Positions 8,325 to 18,200 of a DNA stretch of 64,000 nt are shown here, piece after piece; position 1 is the first letter of the stretch; every line of letters begins with the position of its first letter. The stretch is from positions 3,961-67,960 of IMG/VR virus record IMGVR_UViG_3300003323_000052; one strand, given 5' to 3'. The notes beneath the pieces are model-generated. The model had not been told where the DNA came from and ran no database searches. It saw only the letters and a program-made list of their open reading frames with translations. Origin of the DNA: a virus. Position numbers and translations under genes: made by a program.

Positions 8325-9479
8325 ATGGCTAATACTCTTACTAGTCTGATTCCAGACCTGTACGAAGCTCTTGATGTTGTCTCCCGTGAGATGACCGGCT
8401 TCATTCCTGCTGTATCGCGCAATACCGGCGTAGAGCGTGCTGCTGTCAACGAATCTGTGCGAGTGCCTATCACTCCTTCGGCTTCGACCGCGACCAGCAC
8501 CCCAGGCGTAACCGCACCTGACACTGGCGATCAGACTATTGATAACGTGGCAATCGCTATCACCAAATCCAAGCACGTTCCTGTGCGTTGGAATGGCGAA
8601 GAAACCAAAGGCCTGCAAAACGCTGGCACTTTCTCGACCATCCAAGCCGACCGCTTCTATCAAGCAATGCGCGCTCTGGTGAATGAGATTGAGCAAGACT
8701 TGTGGCTCGAAGCTTACAAGAACTCCAGCCGCGCTTATGGTACTGCTGGCACCGCGCCTTTCGGTACTGCTGCTGATATGTCTGACTTCGCTGGTGTTCT
8801 GCGCATTCTGGAAGAAAATGGCGCTCCAGCCAATGACCTGCAATTGGTTCTTGGTCACGCTGCTGTCGGTAACCTGCGCGCTAAGCAATCCGGCCTGTTC
8901 AAAGTGAACGAAGCTGGTTCTAGCGATATGCTGCGTAATGGTATGACTGACCGCGTTATGTCGTTCGCGCTGCGTCACTCGCACCAAATCAGCACTCATA
9001 CCAAAGGCACCGGCGCATCGTATCAATTGAACGATTCGTCTCTGGCTCTTGGCGATACCACTTTCGGCGCTGATACTGGCACCGGCACTATTCTGGCTGG
9101 TGACATTATCACCAATAGCCAGTCGGGCCGTGACTCCAATAAATATGTTGTGACGACCGCACTGTCTGGTGGCTCCTTCTCCATTGGTAAGCCGGGTTCG
9201 CGCGTTCTGTGGGTTGATGACGACACTCTGGCTGTGGGCAATACCTACACCCCGAACGTCGCATTCGCTCGCTCCGCTATCGTTCTGGCATCTCGTCTGC
9301 CAGCAATGCCAGAAGGTGGCGATATGGCTGATGACGCTGTGGTTGTTACCGATCCGCTGACCGGCCTGTCGTTCGAGGTTGCTCGCTATCGCCAATTCAT
9401 GCAGACCGTGTACCACGTGCGTCTGGCATGGGGCGTTAAGGCGATTAAGCAAGAGCACATCGCAACCCTGATCGGCTAA
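8325..9479 (+). CDS. major capsid protein (P22 coat-like, HK97 fold)
   Basis: MANTLTSLIPDLYEALDVVSRE...VTDPLTGLSFEV...LAWGVKAIK; strong codon bias. Confidence 0.9.
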   Translation: MANTLTSLIPDLYEALDVVSREMTGFIPAVSRNTGVERAAVNESVRVPITPSASTATSTPGVTAPDTGDQTIDNVAIAITKSKHVPVRWNGEETKGLQNAGTFSTIQADRFYQAMRALVNEIEQDLWLEAYKNSSRAYGTAGTAPFGTAADMSDFAGVLRILEENGAPANDLQLVLGHAAVGNLRAKQSGLFKVNEAGSSDMLRNGMTDRVMSFALRHSHQISTHTKGTGASYQLNDSSLALGDTTFGADTGTGTILAGDIITNSQSGRDSNKYVVTTALSGGSFSIGKPGSRVLWVDDDTLAVGNTYTPNVAFARSAIVLASRLPAMPEGGDMADDAVVVTDPLTGLSFEVARYRQFMQTVYHVRLAWGVKAIKQEHIATLIG

Positions 9480-9487
9480 TCCCGTAT

Positions 9488-9526
9488 ATCCCCGGCATTC
9501 TTAATTGAGTGTCGGGGATTTCTTTT
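9488..9526 (+). terminator. terminator after the capsid gene
   Basis: ATCCCCGGCATTC/GAGTGTCGGGGAT stem plus TTCTTTT. Confidence 0.75.
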
Positions 9527-9537
9527 ATAGGTGACTC

Positions 9538-9837
9538 ATGGGACGTAAATCTAACGAACAAAAAGCGGCAGAAGAGGCGGCAAAAGTGATGCAAGAAGAA
9601 TCGAGCGAAGCCAATCAGGATATGGCCGTATCGGAAGTTGAGCAAGCGGCAGAAACCGTTGCGGAAGTAGTAGAAGAAGTAGAAGAAAAAATGGAACAGA
9701 TTGAAGAAGTAGAAGTCGTGCAAACCGTGCGTATGGTGCGACATGCAGACTATGACGGTGATGGCGCAATGACTGCTGATGTGCATCCGCTGGAAGTCGA
9801 TAACTACCGCATTGGCGGCTGGATTGTAGAGGAATAA
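9538..9837 (+). CDS. acidic head-associated protein
   Basis: Glu-rich; C-terminal ADVHPLEVDNY..GW typical of post-capsid genes. Confidence 0.7.
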   Translation: MGRKSNEQKAAEEAAKVMQEESSEANQDMAVSEVEQAAETVAEVVEEVEEKMEQIEEVEVVQTVRMVRHADYDGDGAMTADVHPLEVDNYRIGGWIVEE

Positions 9838-9840
9838 AAA

Positions 9841-10116
9841 ATGGCACTGACTAGCATTAGCGGCACTATCACTACGGGCGGCGCGGCTCAAACTATTTCG
9901 GCAGCGAACGTGTATCGCAATGGTTTTTGGGTTCAAAACAATTCGTCCGGTGATTTGTGGGTAAATGAATTGGGTAGCGCCGCTGCCGCTAGTCAACCAG
10001 CTATTAAGATTGCAGCGGGTCAGCTTTACGAATCGCAAAAGGGCGAACCATGCCCATATGCCATTTCCATTTTCGGTGCGACTACCGGCCAAGCATTTAC
10101 TGCTCGGGAGTGGTAA
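9841..10116 (+). CDS. small beta-rich virion protein
   Basis: SGTITTGGAAQ...VQNNSSGDLWVN; in the structural operon. Confidence 0.65.
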   Translation: MALTSISGTITTGGAAQTISAANVYRNGFWVQNNSSGDLWVNELGSAAAASQPAIKIAAGQLYESQKGEPCPYAISIFGATTGQAFTAREW

Positions 10117-10119
10117 GCC

Positions 10120-10521
10120 ATGCCACTTTACGGACTTTCTAGCGCATCGCCGCAAGGCAAGATTCTGCGATATAGCGCATCTAGCATAAATATTAATGCT
10201 GTCGCTGACGCAACTTCGTTCACTGGTCTTCCTGCTAAATGGCGTCTGCGCAAGCTGACTGTTTATGACGCATCCACTACGCTTGCTACGAGTTTAGCTA
10301 CTGTAGGCTGCTATACGGGCGCTGGCGCTACCGGATCGGCATTGGCTGCACTCGCGCTCATTACGGGTCTTACGGCGGCTGCAAAGTGCGCTGATTTGAC
10401 TTTGGCTGCTATCGCTGGGACTGATTATCAAACAGGCTCTACATTGTATATACGCTGTGGCGTAGCTCATGGTTCCGCTGCAACCGTTTCCGTAGCAATT
10501 GAAATTGAAGATTTGACCTAA
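10120..10521 (+). CDS. putative virion protein
   Basis: Ala/Thr/Gly-rich, 133 aa, tightly packed in the operon. Confidence 0.6.
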   Translation: MPLYGLSSASPQGKILRYSASSININAVADATSFTGLPAKWRLRKLTVYDASTTLATSLATVGCYTGAGATGSALAALALITGLTAAAKCADLTLAAIAGTDYQTGSTLYIRCGVAHGSAATVSVAIEIEDLT

Positions 10522-10523
10522 TC

Positions 10524-11033
10524 ATGACTTTGATTGTTGAGGATGGGACGGGACGCTCGGATAGCGAGTCTCTTTGCTCTGTTGCTTTTGCTGATGCATA
10601 TCATGTATCTCGCGGAAATACTGTTTGGGCGGGGCTGACTACCGATCAGAAGGAAATTAATCTGCGCCGCGCCGCTGACTATCTTGAGCAAACCTATGCT
10701 CAGCGATGGGCTGGTCTTCGTAAGAAAGGCACTCAAGCGCTCTCGTGGCCGCGTGATAATGTAGAAATTCTAGATACGTGGCCTTTGCAGTATTATCCAA
10801 ACGATTCGGTTCCTTTATTGGTGCAAAACGCTTGCGCAGAACTCGCATTAAAAGCAAATAGCGGTGATTTGGCCCCTGATGTGACACGAGTTAAGAAACG
10901 TGTTAAAACAGACGTATTAGAAGTTGAATACGCTGACAGCACTACGCCTTATACTCGTTACCGCGCAATTGATAATATGCTTGAACGATTCTTCGGTGTT
11001 GGCAGCGCTAATATAGGGATTGTGCGCGCATGA
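10524..11033 (+). CDS. head-tail adaptor (DnaT-like ssDNA-binding family)
   Basis: MTLIVEDGTG...ADAYH...QALSWPR...VQNACAELAL. Confidence 0.85.
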   Translation: MTLIVEDGTGRSDSESLCSVAFADAYHVSRGNTVWAGLTTDQKEINLRRAADYLEQTYAQRWAGLRKKGTQALSWPRDNVEILDTWPLQYYPNDSVPLLVQNACAELALKANSGDLAPDVTRVKKRVKTDVLEVEYADSTTPYTRYRAIDNMLERFFGVGSANIGIVRA

Positions 11034-11572
11034 CATGCATCGTAGGCATTGAGTATGACGGCAAGGTTTTGTTAGGTGGCGATATTCAGGGCACTGGCTG
11101 GAATAGTAAAACAGTTCATACTCAGCCAAAAGTTTTTAATAAAAGCGGCGTCATTTTTGGTTATACGACAAGTTATAGATTCGGTCAGATTCTTGAACAC
11201 GGTCTAATTGATCCAGTCGTGCCGGAAGATGAGGCGGAGATTTACCGCTGGCTTATTACCGTTCTAATTCCAGACATTCGCACCGTTCTTAAGGCTAATG
11301 GCTATGAAGATGGCGGAAACTGTCTAATCGGCGTCAAGAATCAGCTTTGGGAATTGCAGGATGACTTTAGCGTCATTCGCTCTACGCTCGGATACGCCTC
11401 TGTAGGCTCCGGCACTGAATATGCAATCGGCTCGGTATTTACTGCCTTGCATATTCGGCGCGGGCTACCTAAAACGCTTACCGCAGCTAAAACAATCGTC
11501 AAAAACGCTATTCTCGCGGCTGGCACATTCTGCCCATCGGTCGGCACTGATTCCGAGGTAATTTCTACATGA
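11030..11572 (+). CDS. Ntn-hydrolase, proteasome-beta/HslV-like protease
   Basis: N-terminal (M)TCIVG...GD, PKVF lysine, ASVGSG.EYA.G motif. Confidence 0.7.
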   Translation: MTCIVGIEYDGKVLLGGDIQGTGWNSKTVHTQPKVFNKSGVIFGYTTSYRFGQILEHGLIDPVVPEDEAEIYRWLITVLIPDIRTVLKANGYEDGGNCLIGVKNQLWELQDDFSVIRSTLGYASVGSGTEYAIGSVFTALHIRRGLPKTLTAAKTIVKNAILAAGTFCPSVGTDSEVIST

Positions 11573-11934
11573 GCGTCTTCTACGATGAAATGGCGGAAGT
11601 TGCCGATGAACTGCTAGCTGAATTTGGTCAGACTGCTACGCTAGGCGTTCCGGGAGCGCAAGTTCTTGATACGACGACCGGCGTAAAAGATGTAACTTAT
11701 ACGTCACATACTGTAACCGCTGCTGTATTCGATTATCCGCAAAAGTTGATTGATGGCAATCTTATTCGAGTTGGCGATAAGAAAGTTATTATCTCTGCTG
11801 TAGGCTTAACGGTTTCTCCGGCTCCCCTACAGAAATTCACCGATGTGAATGGGCTGGTTTATAAGGTAATCAATGCTCGCGCAGTCGCTCCTGCCGGTCA
11901 ATCTGTGCTTTGGATTCTACAGGTGCAGCGTTGA
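11569..11934 (+). CDS. head closure/neck protein
   Basis: FYDEMAEVADELLAEFGQ...IDGNLIRVGDKK...LWILQVQR. Confidence 0.8.
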   Translation: MSVFYDEMAEVADELLAEFGQTATLGVPGAQVLDTTTGVKDVTYTSHTVTAAVFDYPQKLIDGNLIRVGDKKVIISAVGLTVSPAPLQKFTDVNGLVYKVINARAVAPAGQSVLWILQVQR

Positions 11935-12362
11935 GTAATTGGAGCATTCCTCTCGATAAACTCGCGGAGAAAGCTCAAGCCGATCTTGAGACGGTGGCGC
12001 GCAAGGTTACTTTTGACCTATATTCGTCTGTTGTTTATATGTCGCCGGTCGATACTGGCAGGTTCCGCGCAAATTGGAATGTGAGTGTTGATTCTGTCGA
12101 TACTGCAACCTCGCAAAGCACGGATAAAAATAGAGCGTCCACCGAAGTTGCGAAGGTTCTAGAGTTGCCAGTTGGCGGTGTTTATTTTCTCTCCAATTCG
12201 TTGCCATATGCACAGGTTTTGGAGTACGGCCTTTATCCTAATCCGCCAAAGCATCCAACAGGTAAAACGGTTAATGGCTATTCAAGACAAGCGCCAGCAG
12301 GATTTGTGAGAGTGTCCGTTGTTAGGTTTAATGAATTCGTACAAAAGGCAATTAAAAAATGA
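11931..12362 (+). CDS. HK97 gp10-like tail completion protein
   Basis: SPVDTGRFRANW, NSLPYA..LEYG, SRQAPAG. Confidence 0.85.
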   Translation: MSNWSIPLDKLAEKAQADLETVARKVTFDLYSSVVYMSPVDTGRFRANWNVSVDSVDTATSQSTDKNRASTEVAKVLELPVGGVYFLSNSLPYAQVLEYGLYPNPPKHPTGKTVNGYSRQAPAGFVRVSVVRFNEFVQKAIKK

Positions 12363-12751
12363 GAGTTTCAAAAGACCCGAAAGACGTTGCTTACGATCCG
12401 CGAGAGCGAAAAGTATTCGTTTCTGAAAAGCCTGTAGAAAATTGGATTAGCGCCGATGAATTCCGCCGTGTAGTTGTATGCACTGACCGGACTATCTTTG
12501 GTGATGTATATATTGAGCGCTTGCCTGAGGTTATTAAAGAAGATAAATCCAAGCAAGAAGTTATCGAAGTCAGTAAGTTAATTGCGGATAAGCCGCTTGC
12601 CAATTGCGATGCGCGTTTCGCTAATTCAGAAAACAAGACTAAAAATCCAGTCGATATGACAATTATTACGGAAACTCCGAAATATGGTTCTGCGACTGGC
12701 GATAGCGATTACTCGCTTGGCAACCGCATTCGATTCAAGGATAGCAAGTGA
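12359..12751 (+). CDS. hypothetical protein in the neck module
   Basis: ATGA/GTGA overlaps with both neighbours. Confidence 0.6.
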   Translation: MRVSKDPKDVAYDPRERKVFVSEKPVENWISADEFRRVVVCTDRTIFGDVYIERLPEVIKEDKSKQEVIEVSKLIADKPLANCDARFANSENKTKNPVDMTIITETPKYGSATGDSDYSLGNRIRFKDSK

Positions 12752-13161
12752 GTGACTTGCTTATCCGCGCCGCGTTCAATGCTCGTATAGAGGCATGGGC
12801 CGCTTCCAATTCGGTGACATTCGTCTCTGAAAATGATGGGGATGGACCGATTGTTGGCGCTTATGTGGAAACATTCATTCTTCCGGCTCCTACTCTGAGT
12901 CGCGGCATGGATGGCACGCATAGGGAATGGCGCGGAGTATGTCAAGTCAATGTGTGCGTTCCGGTCGATACTGGATGGGGCGCTGCTAGCGGTTACGCAT
13001 CGTCGCTTGATGCTGCTTTTCCTCTGACTGCCTACATCACTCAGTTAGGTCTGAAAATTTGGATTACAGCGCCATTTAGCGCGGCTCCAGCGGCATTTAG
13101 GAGTGATACGCATTGGGTGTTGCCGGTGTCTTGCCAATATCAGGCGCATGCGTTTGTTTGA
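12748..13161 (+). CDS. tail terminator-like protein
   Basis: SEN, ILPAPT, GVCQVNVCVP..TG, LPVSCQY; position before the tail tube gene. Confidence 0.75.
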   Translation: MSDLLIRAAFNARIEAWAASNSVTFVSENDGDGPIVGAYVETFILPAPTLSRGMDGTHREWRGVCQVNVCVPVDTGWGAASGYASSLDAAFPLTAYITQLGLKIWITAPFSAAPAAFRSDTHWVLPVSCQYQAHAFV

Positions 13162-13209
13162 TTTGGTAGTCGGCGCGACAGCTCGGGAGATGTGGCATAA
13201 AATTGCCAC

Positions 13210-13722
13210 ATGAAAACTGAAAAAGAGATCGCGGAACGAGTACGCGAAGTAATCCACTATGACCCTGAAACGGGCATATTCACTCGTAAGGTACGCCTAG
13301 CACAACGTCATCATGTTGGCGATAGGGCGGATATGTACATAACTGGCGGAAATGCCGCAGGTTATCATCGAGTATCATGGGACTCCCAAAGATATCTCGC
13401 TCACAGAGTCGCATGGCTATATGTTTATGGTGAATGGCCTAAGGGCGTAATAGATCACATTGATGGCAATAAGGCAAACAATGCTATTGCAAATTTGCGC
13501 GATGTGACTGATAAGATTAATGCTGAAAATACCCGCAGACCTAGGGCTAATAGCAAAAGTGGTTACTTAGGGGTGCATTGGCATGAACAAAATAAAAAAT
13601 GGGTCGCTAGGATTCAGGTTGACAAGAAAAACATTCATATAGGATGTTTTGATGATCCTCAAAAAGCGCATGAGGCATATATAGAATACAAAAGAAAGCT
13701 TCATGAGGGCTGTACTTTGTAG
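13210..13722 (+). CDS. HNH homing endonuclease with AP2-like domain
   Basis: YDPETGIF, AHRVAWLYVYGEWP, IDHIDGNKANNAIANLR, SGYLGVHW. Confidence 0.9.
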   Translation: MKTEKEIAERVREVIHYDPETGIFTRKVRLAQRHHVGDRADMYITGGNAAGYHRVSWDSQRYLAHRVAWLYVYGEWPKGVIDHIDGNKANNAIANLRDVTDKINAENTRRPRANSKSGYLGVHWHEQNKKWVARIQVDKKNIHIGCFDDPQKAHEAYIEYKRKLHEGCTL

Positions 13723-13743
13723 TTTGTTTTAGTAGTATCAATT

Positions 13744-13767
13744 AAGCCAGCATTTGCTGGCTTTTTT
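13744..13767 (+). terminator. terminator
   Basis: AAGCCAGC-ATTT-GCTGGCTT-TTTT. Confidence 0.7.
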
Positions 13768-13849
13768 GTTTTCCGGTCGCTTATGCGACTTTTTTTTCGT
13801 CCATTTGGACTTAATCTCGTCGGTCGATATCGACCGGAAAGGACTTCCC

Positions 13850-14500
13850 TTGAGTGTTGCTTTGCCTAACGGTGCGACGATTTCGATAGGTTCTACCTAT
13901 GGAGCGTCTAAAACCATCTCCGCGTTTTCTAACGCAAACCCCGGCGTTATGACGCTGGAAGCTTCGCATGGCATTATTGTTGGCGATGTATTCGAAGTAA
14001 CCTCTGGCTGGGATCGTGCAAACGGTAATGTATATCGCGCATCTGCTGTTTCCACTAATGATGTGTCGGTGGAAGGTCTTAATACGACTTCTACTACTTT
14101 CTTCCCTTCCGGCTCTGGCACCGGCACGATCCGCGAGGTGACTGCATGGACTCAGATTACTCAGGTTCTGGAGTTGACTACTTCGGGCGGCGATCAAAAC
14201 TTTGCGACTTATTCTTTCTTGGAATCTAGCGCAGAGCATCAAATCCCTACCGTGAAGTCGCCCACTGTCTTTAACCTGACGATTGGCGATGATGCTTCGC
14301 TGCCGCATTATACGCAATTGGCTACCGCTGATTCTGACCGCGCGCAACGCGTTCTAAAAATCACGCTGCCTTCTGGCTCGCTGATTTACTTCTCGGCATA
14401 TGTAACTCTGCAAAAAACTCCAACCCTGACCAAGAATGAGGTTATGGGACTGCGTTCGACGCTTTCGGTTATCAATGAAGTAACGCGATATGCTTCTTGA
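13850..14500 (+). CDS. major tail tube protein
   Basis: TTG start after GAAAGGA; SVALPNGA, SNANPGV, WTQITQVLE..TSGGDQ, IPTVKSP. Confidence 0.85.
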   Translation: MSVALPNGATISIGSTYGASKTISAFSNANPGVMTLEASHGIIVGDVFEVTSGWDRANGNVYRASAVSTNDVSVEGLNTTSTTFFPSGSGTGTIREVTAWTQITQVLELTTSGGDQNFATYSFLESSAEHQIPTVKSPTVFNLTIGDDASLPHYTQLATADSDRAQRVLKITLPSGSLIYFSAYVTLQKTPTLTKNEVMGLRSTLSVINEVTRYAS

Positions 14501-14517
14501 TTAATATGTGATATAAG

Positions 14518-14552
14518 TAAGAGGGCGATATTATTTATCGCTCTCTTATTTT
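14518..14552 (+). terminator. terminator after the tail tube gene
   Basis: TAAGAGGGCGATA/TATCGCTCTCTTA stem plus T run. Confidence 0.65.
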
Positions 14553-14565
14553 ATCGGAGATTAAA

Positions 14566-14877
14566 TTGCTGAAACTGACTACCGAACCAACTTTTACCGC
14601 ACCCGTAGTAATCCCTACCCCCTGGGGAAAACAGACTATTAAAATGGTCTTTAAATATAAGAATGCAGAGCAATACGAAGAATACATTAAGAAGGAATCG
14701 ACCGAATCACGCAAAAACGAAGATGTGATTATGGAGATTGCTTCTGACTGGCAAGAAGTTGACGGCGAGTTTAATGCTGAGAATATCGCAAAACTGTGCA
14801 ATGCTTATCATCAAGCAGCCGGTGCGATTGTTAAAGCATATATCGAAACTAACTGCCAAAGCCGTCTGGAAAACTAA
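14566..14877 (+). CDS. tail assembly chaperone (gpG-like)
   Basis: PTFTAPVVIP...FKYK...DW...FNAENI; ends RLEN*. Confidence 0.85.
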   Translation: MLKLTTEPTFTAPVVIPTPWGKQTIKMVFKYKNAEQYEEYIKKESTESRKNEDVIMEIASDWQEVDGEFNAENIAKLCNAYHQAAGAIVKAYIETNCQSRLEN

Positions 14878-15188
14878 AACAGGCAGCGGAAAACCTGTAT
14901 AGAAAACCGCCTACAGCATTGGAACTTCATAACCTCGGCATGAAGCGCGAGGACTTTGAAGAAACCATTTTTCTATATGAAGATAACTACGAGTCTATTC
15001 GTCTATTTCTAGACATAGGCTCTCAATGGCGTAAAGACCAAGGCTATGCTTATGCCTTGGATTATTCCATTTTGTACCAGAAGTTAGACCGCATGAAGAT
15101 ATCGCCTGAAAGGGCTGATGAACTTGAGGCGGATATTCGCGTCCTAGAAGATGCGGCACTAGCGCAAATGCGCAGCGACAGAGACTAA
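14868..15188 (+). CDS. tail assembly chaperone gpT part via -1 frameshift
   Basis: G-GAA-AAC-TAA slippery site; the -1 frame is open into SQWR...LDYS...IRVLEDAAL. Confidence 0.75.
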   Translation, partial: GKLKQAAENLYRKPPTALELHNLGMKREDFEETIFLYEDNYESIRLFLDIGSQWRKDQGYAYALDYSILYQKLDRMKISPERADELEADIRVLEDAALAQMRSDRD

Positions 15189-15206
15189 CAATCAACAGGA
15201 TTAGCG

Positions 15207-18200
15207 ATGGCAAATGACGTAACGACTCTTACACTAGCGGTTGATACCACTGATGTAAAGACGGCATCGCAAACCCTAGGCCAAATGGCGCAAGCGGGTA
15301 ATACTGCTGCCGCCTCTACAACTCGACTGCAACAAGCCAATTCCGCAATGGTCGCGGAACTTAAACGCATTAGCGCTGGTGTTTCTGAGTTGGTTAAGTT
15401 GGCTAGTGCTGAACGTACTGCCGCTTCTGCTGTAGAAAAGCGCTCCAAAGCTTCCGCTGCCGCTGCTGTCTCTAGCGCAAAGGCTTCCGCTGCACTGCGC
15501 AATGAAGTAAAAGAGATTGAGAAACTTGCTCCTGCTGCAACGATTAGCGCGGGCGCAATGCAAAAGCTTTCCCTATCTGCGTCGAATGTTAGCGATGCTG
15601 GCGTTAAGGAACTGACGAAGGAATTAAGCGCCGCTGCAACTCAAGCATCGCGCACGGCTGCTGCTGTCAATTCTATTTCTGTCAAGCCACAGCAATCTGT
15701 TCAGCAGTCAACTAGCAATCAATCTTCTGATGCGGCCCGCGCTGCGCGTGAAGCGGAAAGAGCGGCAAGCCAAGCAGCAAGAGATGCAAGAGCCGAACAA
15801 CGTGCAGCAGAACGTCAGGCCGCAGAGGCTTCTAAAACTGCTCGTAACGATGCCCGTATTTCCGCCCGCAATGATTTAGCGGCGCAAAAGAATCAGGCAC
15901 GAGATGCCGCGCAGGCGTCTAAACAATTGGCCGACGCACAGCGCCAACAAGCGAAAGAAGCGGGAAATGCTGCATTTAAGAATCAGCAATTGGGCTTCCA
16001 GTTGCACGACTTCTTTGTTCAGGTCGCATCTGGTCAAAGCCCGCTTACTGCATTCATTCAACAAGGTTCGCAGCTTTCGGGCACGTTCGGCGGTGCAGGT
16101 AATGCATTCCGTGCCGTACTTGGTCTTCTCACGCCTTTACGTGTTGCTATTGGCGGCGCTGCTGGCGCTGTGCTTGGTCTTGGTTATGCATTCGTTAAAG
16201 CAAACGAAGATGCGCGAGAGCTAAATAAAGCACTGATCCTATCAGGTAATTTCGCTGGTCAAACGAAAGACTCGTTTAATAGTTTGGCGGCAGGTATTGC
16301 TAACGGCACTCGCGCAAATATCGGGCAAGCAAAGGATGCTGTTCAAACATTGATCGCTACCGGCCAAATCGGCCCGGAGGTATTAGCTAAAGCTGCCGAA
16401 GCATCTGCACTTATCACCAAAGTAACCGGCCAAACTGCCGAAGATGTAGCAAAAGATTTCGCCCAAATGGCGCAATCCCCTACGAAATTCGCTAGGGAAT
16501 TGAACAGGACGAGCAATCTATTCTCTGCGGCGCAGCTTCAGCTTATTAAGGGGTTTGAGGAAACTCAGCAACCAGCCAAAGCGCAGGAAGTAATTATCTC
16601 CGCGATTATCGGTCGCATGAGTGAGTTTAATTCGACTCTTTCAAAAACTGATAAGGCATTAGACCAAAACTCCAAGTTCTGGAGTGCGCTCGGCAATTCT
16701 ATTAAAGGCGCATTCGATAGTAGCTCTATTGATTCGGAAATATCCAGGCTTGAGGCTAATGTAAAGCGACTTGATGCTATTGCGGCTGGGCGCAATCAAC
16801 AACAGGAAACAAGGGTATTTAATCCGACCAGTGTTGACACAAATGCCGGTATTGCAACTCGCCAATCCGCTAGAACTCAATCTATTGCCGCTGGCAATTT
16901 GGAAGAGGCTAGGGATGCGCTGAAGCGTGCGCAGGCTCGGAAGGATGCGAATGACATTCAAGCCATGCTCCAAGCAGAAATTGCTACTAGAGCAAAGGCT
17001 GGCGATGCCGCTAATGAGTATATTGACTCTCTTGTTAAGGAAGGTAAGGCCACAAGCGAGCTAAAGAAAGAGAACGAAAAGCTAGATCGAGCAATTAAAA
17101 ATGCTGCTGATGCTGGCACGCCTCGCAGTAAAGAAGATATTTCTGTAGCAAGAAGGGCTATTGCTAAAAAGTTCACTGATTCCGAAGCTGGTCAAGTTCT
17201 AAAAGCTCAACTCGATAAAGACATTAAGTCTATTCAAGATATCCTTGAGCAAGAGCGCGATGCATTCTCATTCAATGAGAAATTCTTGCATGGGCAATAT
17301 CAGGCCGGTCAAAAGTCGCTCAAAGATTATTACGACGAGCGCAAGACGAATGCTCAGCAAGGCATTGATGCAGAAATTGCTGTCCTGCAAAAAGAGAATG
17401 AGCGCTTAGAGAAATTCCGCAAGGAAACTAAAGACCCATCCGAAAAAGTTCAGACTAGCACTAGGATTGACGAGAATACGGCAAAAATCTCGCAATTGCG
17501 TGCGCAAGGTATCCGAGAACAAGAGTTGTTGAATCAAGAAGCGACAGCTAGTTTTAAACAGCTTGACGAGTCTGTATCGAACTATAACGCTACGCTTGAG
17601 CAGCTTCTCGGCAACGAAGAAAAAGCGGCTAGCATTCGTGCGGCTATCGCCATTCAAAACGCCAAGGTTCTTTCGTCTCAAAAGGGCGGCACCGTAATTG
17701 ATGTTGCTGCATATGAGAAAGCGCTTGCAATCCAAAATCAATTCAACGAGGTGCAGCGCCGCTCACAAGCACTGACTGCCGCTGGTCGCACAGCAGAAGA
17801 AGCTTTCGCAGAAGCGGCAGAACAGCGTGGCTTGAGCATTAAAGATACCGATACTGGAATTTATCAAATTCGCAAGCTGCAATTGGATCAACTAGCGGAA
17901 CTGGTCAGGAAAGCGAATGAACTCGCGGCAGCATCTACAAACCCCGCTGTAAAGCAATTTGCAGCCGATTTGGCGCTTGAATATGCGAAAGCGGCAAAGT
18001 CTATTGACCCAGCATTACAACGCCTTAAAGACGCGAATAAAGAGATTGCGCAGACTATTGCGAATACTCTCACGAATCTGCCTAAAACGTTCTCCGATGC
18101 ATTCTCGCGTCGTCGCCAACAAGCGAATGACGATATCAAGAACGAAAAGTCAGAGTATGACCGCCGCATAGATCAGCTTGAGGAATACCTCGCAGAATCC

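Noticed and set aside
4682-9458. Long antisense ORFs (4682-5530, 7354-8172, 8310-9458)
   Set aside because: Shadow frames of codon-biased portal, scaffold and capsid genes; no motifs
15700-15980. Low-complexity repeats in the tape measure gene
   Set aside because: Ordinary Ala/Arg/Gln helical coding repeats
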